A stretch of 64,000 nt of DNA from Chloroflexi bacterium UBA4730. GTDB lineage: Bacteria > Chloroflexota > Limnocylindria > P2-11E. The notes under the pieces are model-generated. The model saw nothing but the letters and a program-made list of their open reading frames with translations. It was not told the origin of the DNA and ran no database searches. The position numbers were made by a program, and so were the translations under genes. Of the stretch, positions 59,566-64,000 are shown in pieces (positions within the stretch are counted from its first letter, which is position 1; each line of letters starts with the position of its first letter). Where the stretch lies: NCBI GenBank assembly GCA_002404155.1, contig DHJC01000092.1, positions 10,636-74,635 on the forward strand, given 5' to 3'.

Positions 59566-60366
59566 ATGATCCACCTGGTCCGGCCCGGCGAGGGAATGCT
59601 CGGCACGTTCCGATTGCTCGCGACCGGCGAACACACGTCGGGCGCGTACTTCGCCCTCGAGCTCGAGGGTCTTCCAGGTGGACCGGGCGGCGCGCACAGT
59701 CACGACTTCGAAGACGAGGCCGAGTACGTTTCGATCGGATCACGCGAGATCCGCGTGGACGATGAGCTCGTCCACGCGCCGACCGGATCGTTCGTTCTGG
59801 TCCCGCGCGGCTCGTTGCACGACATGTGGACCGTCGGGAGCGCATCCGCGCGTTACCTGCATCTGTTCTCGCCGGCAGGTATCGAGCAGTGGTTCTTGGA
59901 GCGTGCTCGCCTCCGTGATCGCGGCGCGTCGGCCCAACAGATCGACGCGGCGCGCCTCAGCCACGGCGTGCGCGGGGAGCGCACCTCACCTCCGGACGCC
60001 AGGCCGCAGGTCGCGATCTCCCGCGAAGGGCAGGCGCTCGTCATCGACGGGAGCATGACCGGCGGCGCCTACGCCATCGTCGAGATCGTGAGCACGCCGG
60101 GCGACCCGCCGACTCCACCGCACGTCCATGTCGATGCCGAGGAGGCGATCTACGTCGCGTCGGGCGAGATCTCGATCACGGCGGCTGACGAGACGTACGC
60201 CGCACCTGCCGGAACGTTCGCGTTGGTACCGCGCGGCACCGTGCACTCACATTCGCACTGCGGCAAGGGACCGGCGCGCGTGCTCCTCATCGGATCACCG
60301 CTTGCCGGAATCGGCACGCAGCCGGAGCGCGCGTGCCTTCGCGTCGCCGACCGCGCGCCTTGTTGA
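59566..60366 (+). CDS. bicupin protein
   Basis: ORF 59524..60366 (TTG), with ATG 59566 preferred. Two cupin modules (GAHSHDFEDEAEYVSIGS...PRGSLHD and PPHVHVDAEEAIYVASGE...PRGTVHSH). Confidence 0.75.
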   Translation: MIHLVRPGEGMLGTFRLLATGEHTSGAYFALELEGLPGGPGGAHSHDFEDEAEYVSIGSREIRVDDELVHAPTGSFVLVPRGSLHDMWTVGSASARYLHLFSPAGIEQWFLERARLRDRGASAQQIDAARLSHGVRGERTSPPDARPQVAISREGQALVIDGSMTGGAYAIVEIVSTPGDPPTPPHVHVDAEEAIYVASGEISITAADETYAAPAGTFALVPRGTVHSHSHCGKGPARVLLIGSPLAGIGTQPERACLRVADRAPC

Positions 60367-60788
60367 GCGGCGACATCCGGCTGCCGGACCTCGGCCTGAC
60401 CGTGCGCGCGGCCGCCGCGGAAACCGGTGGACGTCTGTCCCTCATCGAGAGCGCAGGCCAGACGCCCGGCACCGGCCCGCGCCGGCACGTGCACACACGC
60501 GAGGACGAGGCGTTCTACGTCATCGAGGGGAGCTACTCCTGGGAGCGCGGCGACGGGCGGCTGACCGCGACGCCCGGCTCCTTTATTTGGCTTCCGCGCG
60601 GTGTGCCGCATCGCTTCATCGTCGGTCCATCCGGTGGACGCATGCTCCATCTCTTTGTCCCCGGCGGCATCGATCGCTACTTCGTCGAGTGGCAAGCGGC
60701 GATCGGCTCGGGCGAGACTGACGACGACGCCATCACCGAGCTGGCGGGGCGCTACGGGCTCGCGTACGAGACCGACGCGGCAGGCTGA
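60363..60788 (+). CDS. cupin-domain protein
   Basis: TTG 60363 overlaps the upstream TGA (TTGA). RRHVHTREDEAFYVIEGSY...LPRGVPHRF. Confidence 0.75.
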   Translation: MSGDIRLPDLGLTVRAAAAETGGRLSLIESAGQTPGTGPRRHVHTREDEAFYVIEGSYSWERGDGRLTATPGSFIWLPRGVPHRFIVGPSGGRMLHLFVPGGIDRYFVEWQAAIGSGETDDDAITELAGRYGLAYETDAAG

Positions 60789-60822
60789 GCGGTGGTGGCT
60801 CGATTCCGGCATATAGCCATCT

Positions 60823-61239
60823 ATGTCCCGGATCTGCGAGAGGCGGAAGAGCACTCCGTCAGACGTCCACGCGCAGGTCCACGGCGGGAGCGCGATCGGG
60901 CGCTTCAACGCGTGGCTCGCCGTCCGCATCACGAAGACCGTCGGCACGATGTGGGTCGCATATCTCTTCGCCGGAATCGCGCTCATCTCGCTGTCGGCAG
61001 CGCTCGGCTCAGGGGACGTCATCGTCATCGTCGCATGGATCGCGCAAACGTTCCTCCAGCTCGTGCTCCTGCCGATCATCATCGTCGGCCAGAACGTGAT
61101 CCAAGCGGCGAACGACGCGCGCGCAGAGGCGGATCACGAGACGCTCACCGCGGTCCATCGACTCACCGTCGAGGTGCACGCGATCAACGAGGCGCAGACA
61201 GCCATCTTGGGGGAGCTGCAGCGCGCGCGCGCGCAGTGA
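60823..61239 (+). CDS. two-TM membrane protein with C-terminal coiled coil (DUF1003/low-affinity-iron-permease-like)
   Basis: 138 aa. VGTMWVAYLFAGIALISL and VAWIAQTFLQLVLLPIIIVGQNVIQAANDARAEADHET resemble the DUF1003 core. Assignment tentative. Confidence 0.45.
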   Translation: MSRICERRKSTPSDVHAQVHGGSAIGRFNAWLAVRITKTVGTMWVAYLFAGIALISLSAALGSGDVIVIVAWIAQTFLQLVLLPIIIVGQNVIQAANDARAEADHETLTAVHRLTVEVHAINEAQTAILGELQRARAQ

Positions 61240-61342
61240 CGGGCGCACCCGCGGCGCTGTGGGCGCCGAGTTTCTTGTACGCATTCGCCGGCCCGGTCCC
61301 GTGGCGCGGCCGAGTGCCGGCGCGCGCTGATAGTGCGTTTCT

Positions 61343-61621
61343 CTACCCCGTCCGCGACGCTTTGATGCGCTCGAGGATTGGCCCGAAGTCGATGCGCGTG
61401 CCGCACCAGGGATGCGCGTCACGGTGGGCGAGCACCGCGGCCGCGGCGCTGTGGGCGCCGAGCTTCTTGTACGCGTTCGCCGCGAGGTTGGCCACGGTGT
61501 TGATCGAGATGCCGAACTCGGCGGCGATGTCCTTGTGCGTCAGGTCGCGGCCGATGCGCTCGAGCGTTGCGCATTCGCGGGCGGTCAGCGGCCGCGCTTG
61601 TGATGCCGGCGATCGCCTCAC
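61343..61621 (-). CDS. small LuxR/GerE-type HTH protein
   Basis: GTG 61621 overlaps the upstream TGA (GTGA). LTARECATLERIGRDLTHKDIAAEFGISINTVANLAANAYKKLG is a canonical GerE HTH. Confidence 0.75.
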   Translation of the reverse strand: MRRSPASQARPLTARECATLERIGRDLTHKDIAAEFGISINTVANLAANAYKKLGAHSAAAAVLAHRDAHPWCGTRIDFGPILERIKASRTG

Positions 61622-62124
61622 GTTCGCTCCGGTTCGAGCGGCAGGCGAACGTCGGGAAGGCCGCGCGGGTGCCGGAGCTCGTGGCACTGACGGCAGAGCC
61701 ACGCGACGGCGAGCGGGAGAGCGTAGTCGTGGTGGTGCCCGTCGATCTGTCCGCCCGCGCCGCACTGCTCGCAGGCGTCGGGCTTCGCGATCTTGCCGCG
61801 CAGGACCGCCTGGTGGAGGACGCGCCGCGCTCGAGTACGGCGGTCATCGGTGCGGCGACTCGTCCAGTAGGCCCATCGGCATCTGTCGCTGCAGTACTTC
61901 CCTGGCCGACCGCTATAGCCCGGCGGGCGCAGGGCGCCGCCGCAGACGACGCACGCGGTGATGGCGTCGCGGTCTCGCGTGGGCGTCGTGACGCGGACGC
62001 CGCCCACGGTGACGTACCGCCGGTATCCAGCCGCCAGCTCGGTCACGGCGCGGTTCCGCACGCCGGCGCCGCCACAAGAGGTCGCGTTGGGCCGAAATGG
62101 CGAAACCCTGGATTTCGCGGGCAT
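61618..62124 (-). CDS. zinc-ribbon + HNH-like protein of phage/mobile-element type
   Basis: 168 aa from ATG 62124. CVVCGGAL...GKYCSDRCRWAYW (zinc ribbon) and KPDACEQCGAGGQIDGHHHDYALPLAVAWLCRQCHELRH (HNH-like CxxC...HH...CxxCH). Confidence 0.6.
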   Translation of the reverse strand: MPAKSRVSPFRPNATSCGGAGVRNRAVTELAAGYRRYVTVGGVRVTTPTRDRDAITACVVCGGALRPPGYSGRPGKYCSDRCRWAYWTSRRTDDRRTRARRVLHQAVLRGKIAKPDACEQCGAGGQIDGHHHDYALPLAVAWLCRQCHELRHPRGLPDVRLPLEPERT

Positions 62125-62180
62125 GTGTGTGAGCCGAGATCGTGCTCTTTCCCCCATATCCCGAAATACGTTGAGACCCG

Positions 62181-62191
62181 CCCCCCCCCCC
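62181..62191. repeat. C11 homopolymer tract
   Basis: Eleven consecutive C read directly, 57-67 nt upstream of the ATG at 62124 (G11 on the coding strand). Confidence 0.95.
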
Positions 62192-62306
62192 GCCCGGCAT
62201 CGCGCTCCGCTTGTGCACTGCGGAGCTCGCGTCGCAGATGCGCACTCAGCCGCGTGATCGGACCGTTGAGGGCCGCGCCCATGAGTAGAGTGCTTGTCGT
62301 GCACGG

Positions 62307-62534
62307 ATGACAGGCTGGCTCATTGGGAGCGTCGCTGCCGGGGCGTTGATTGGTTACGGGCTTGTCCCGTTCTTCAGCGGTGGGTTCGTGCTCGTCATTG
62401 CCGGCCTCGTTCTCGCGGCCGTCTGCGGCATCGGCGCGCATCGGCGTGAGGTCGCCTGGAGTCTGCTGCTCGGCTTAGTTGCGGGGCTGGCTGGAACCGT
62501 GGTGTTCTTCCGCCCACCGGGCCTAATCCCTTGA
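62307..62534 (+). CDS. 75-aa three-TM membrane protein
   Basis: MTGWLIGSVAAGALIGYGLVPFFSGGFVLVIAGLVLAAVCGIGAH...; hydrophobic, GC3-rich. Confidence 0.5.
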   Translation: MTGWLIGSVAAGALIGYGLVPFFSGGFVLVIAGLVLAAVCGIGAHRREVAWSLLLGLVAGLAGTVVFFRPPGLIP

Positions 62535-62654
62535 TGCTACTGAGGGTCGTGCACGGCCTGGGCGGCCTTGTTCTCGCGTACGGATCCATCCACTCTCAAT
62601 CCGCCCGCGCTGCGCCTGATTCGTTCTCTCCAACCCTTCCTATCCGTCGTCGCC

Positions 62655-62678
62655 GAGCACTCCCCACCGGGAGTGCTC
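62655..62678. terminator. perfect 10-bp hairpin
   Basis: gagcactccc cacc gggagtgctc read directly. No U-tract. Lies in a region with no convincing coding frame. Confidence 0.35.
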
Positions 62679-63098
62679 ATGCCTGTCGTGGACCAACGGC
62701 GGGGTGCGTACCGTATGGCGGCATCACGACGCTCACGAGCGCTGAGAACGGCGTGTGGTCGGTGATCCGTCGTTTGCTCGCGCAGCAGGCCGGTCCGCGT
62801 CGGCTCCGGCCGGGAACGCCAACACACGATCGAGGCGAACGACGCGATGAATCGATCCCCGGCATCGTCCTCGCGTCGAGGAAGTTCCCGGGCGATCACG
62901 CCGAGGGCACTCTCGACGATCGCCGCTGAGCCCGAGCTCCACGCTGAGCGGGTGAGGCGACGAGGAGCAGGGACCCGTGGATCGCAGCGAGGCGCAGGTT
63001 GTCTGCGCCCCCTGCGGTGGGAGGCGCGCGCGGCCTAGCACCGAGATAGTGGTAGAGGCCATCAGCTGCTGGGCGTTAACCGCGGGTGAAGGCGGGCC

Positions 63099-64000
63099 TC
63101 ATCGCCGAGCGCCATGTTGCTGTATGCGGTCACGGCTCCGCACCTTCGACGTGCCTGCGTCGTGGTCGCCGGCGGGCGCCGCCTGTTCGTCGGTCAACCC
63201 CACCTCGCGGCGCCCGGCCTCCCAGACCACGACCCGGTTGCGTCCGGCCTGCTTCGCCTCGTACAGCGCGGTGTCCGAGCGGTGCAAAAGCACGACGGGA
63301 TCTGGGTCCGCATCCGACAGCGCCACCCCGATCGAGACACTCGGTATGACCACGGCCGCACCCGCGGGCCGGAACGCGGCCGCGTGGACGAGTGCGCGCA
63401 TCCGCTCGGCGACCGCCAGCGCGCTCGGCCCATCGATCTCGCCCAGCAGCGAGATGAACTCATCGCCGCCCGAACGCGCGATGAAATCGGTGATGCGCCG
63501 CTGGCCCACCAGGGCCTTTGCCGTGATCACCAGCAGCTCGTCTCCTGCGGCGTGTCCGTGGCGATCGTTGACCATCTTGAGGTCATCGCAGTCGATGGAC
63601 AGCACCGCGAAGGCGCGGCCGGTGCGGCGCGCGCGGGCGGTCTCTTCGACTAGCCGTGTGCTCAGTGCGCGGGCGTTGGGCAGTCCCGTCAGCGCATCGG
63701 TCCGCGCCAGCTCCGTCGCGTGTCGGCGTTCGCGCGCGAAGCCGTCAACGACAAGTGCGAGGGTCAGATACACCGCGAGCCGGCTGAACGAGTTCCACAC
63801 GGCGACGAAGAGCGTGTCTGCGTGCGCTGGTCCGTACTCGGCGTTCGCGGACCATGCGAGGCTGGCGGCGAGGGCACTCAGCAGCCCGACCCAACGACCG
63901 CCCCAATACGCGCCACTGAGGATCGGGATCAGATAAAAGACCGAGAACTGCAACCGCGCGTCGACTGCGGCGTTCGCCAGCGCGATCAGCGCCACGAGCG
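63099..64000 (-). CDS. membrane-bound GGDEF diguanylate cyclase, N-terminus probably beyond the window
   Basis: ORF 63099..63995. TM helices, then DALTGLPNAR...FAVLSIDCDDLKMVNDRHGHAAGD...ARSGGDEFISL...SIGVA...ALYEAKQAGRNR. Confidence 0.88.
   Translation of the reverse strand, partial: LVALIALANAAVDARLQFSVFYLIPILSGAYWGGRWVGLLSALAASLAWSANAEYGPAHADTLFVAVWNSFSRLAVYLTLALVVDGFARERRHATELARTDALTGLPNARALSTRLVEETARARRTGRAFAVLSIDCDDLKMVNDRHGHAAGDELLVITAKALVGQRRITDFIARSGGDEFISLLGEIDGPSALAVAERMRALVHAAAFRPAGAAVVIPSVSIGVALSDADPDPVVLLHRSDTALYEAKQAGRNRVVVWEAGRREVGLTDEQAAPAGDHDAGTSKVRSRDRIQQHGARR

Noticed and set aside
62531-63098. ORFs 62531..62929 (+), 62537..62899 (-) and 62733..63062 (-) as genes, or the region as an ncRNA
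   Set aside because: No motif, poor codon bias, and mutually overlapping frames. Only a short minus-strand stretch (IVESALGVIARELP...) looks protein-like. Apart from the 10-bp hairpin at 62655-62678 I cannot support any RNA family by eye.

Overview
This is a very GC-rich, gene-dense chromosomal segment; codon third positions are almost always G/C. It probably comes from an actinobacterium-like high-GC lineage. That is an inference from gene content: an Sdh1-type sdhCAB with a single large membrane anchor, ArsA with an HSP20-like tail, and a cyclase-STAND-TPR protein. About 70 protein-coding genes are supportable. Most long ORFs on the opposite strand of these genes are Arg/Gly/Asp-rich shadow frames and were rejected. 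I saw no rRNA, tRNA or CRISPR array.

Core content, in order:
- lutC-lutBA lactate utilisation genes
- an OmpR/HK two-component pair
- arsC, ArsA-like ATPase, MFS transporters and an M20 peptidase
- an intact IS110-family element
- an adenylate cyclase-STAND-TPR protein divergent from a cNMP-binding-like protein plus a flavoprotein
- a roughly 12.6 kb almost gapless minus-strand gene train: LysR, TerC, metX, metY, CoA-binding, ACT, opuC-type ABC transporter, propeller-repeat protein, disulfide oxidoreductase, DUF1684, DHA2 pump
- a LysR-linked TCA cluster (aconitase, NAD-IDH, RidA, Mdh)
- a large c-di-GMP signalling protein split by a frameshift
- sdhCAB
- a Rieske/cytochrome b6 operon
- a decayed mobile/accessory region (57.7-62.5 kb)
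- a partial GGDEF gene at the window end

Most interesting observations:
1. The Rieske/cyt b6/subunit IV/diheme cyt c operon is led, with no intergenic gap, by a GltD/NfnB-like NAD(P)H flavoprotein fused to a ferredoxin domain. It ends with an unannotated 36-aa single-TM ORF.
2. Tandem duplications of stop-start junctions create chains of mini-ORFs joined by TGATG or ATGA overlaps, upstream of the DHA2 efflux pump and of sdhA.
3. A divergent PEP-carboxykinase-fold protein is translationally coupled to a DinB-fold protein.
4. The IS110 element has a structured 167-nt upstream non-coding region (bridge-RNA candidate) and is bracketed by 15-nt palindromic direct repeats.
5. Several genes have conserved N-termini that start upstream of any ATG/GTG/TTG, at CTGA and ATAG stop-start overlaps.

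All functional calls come from reading motifs by eye. No database search was run.
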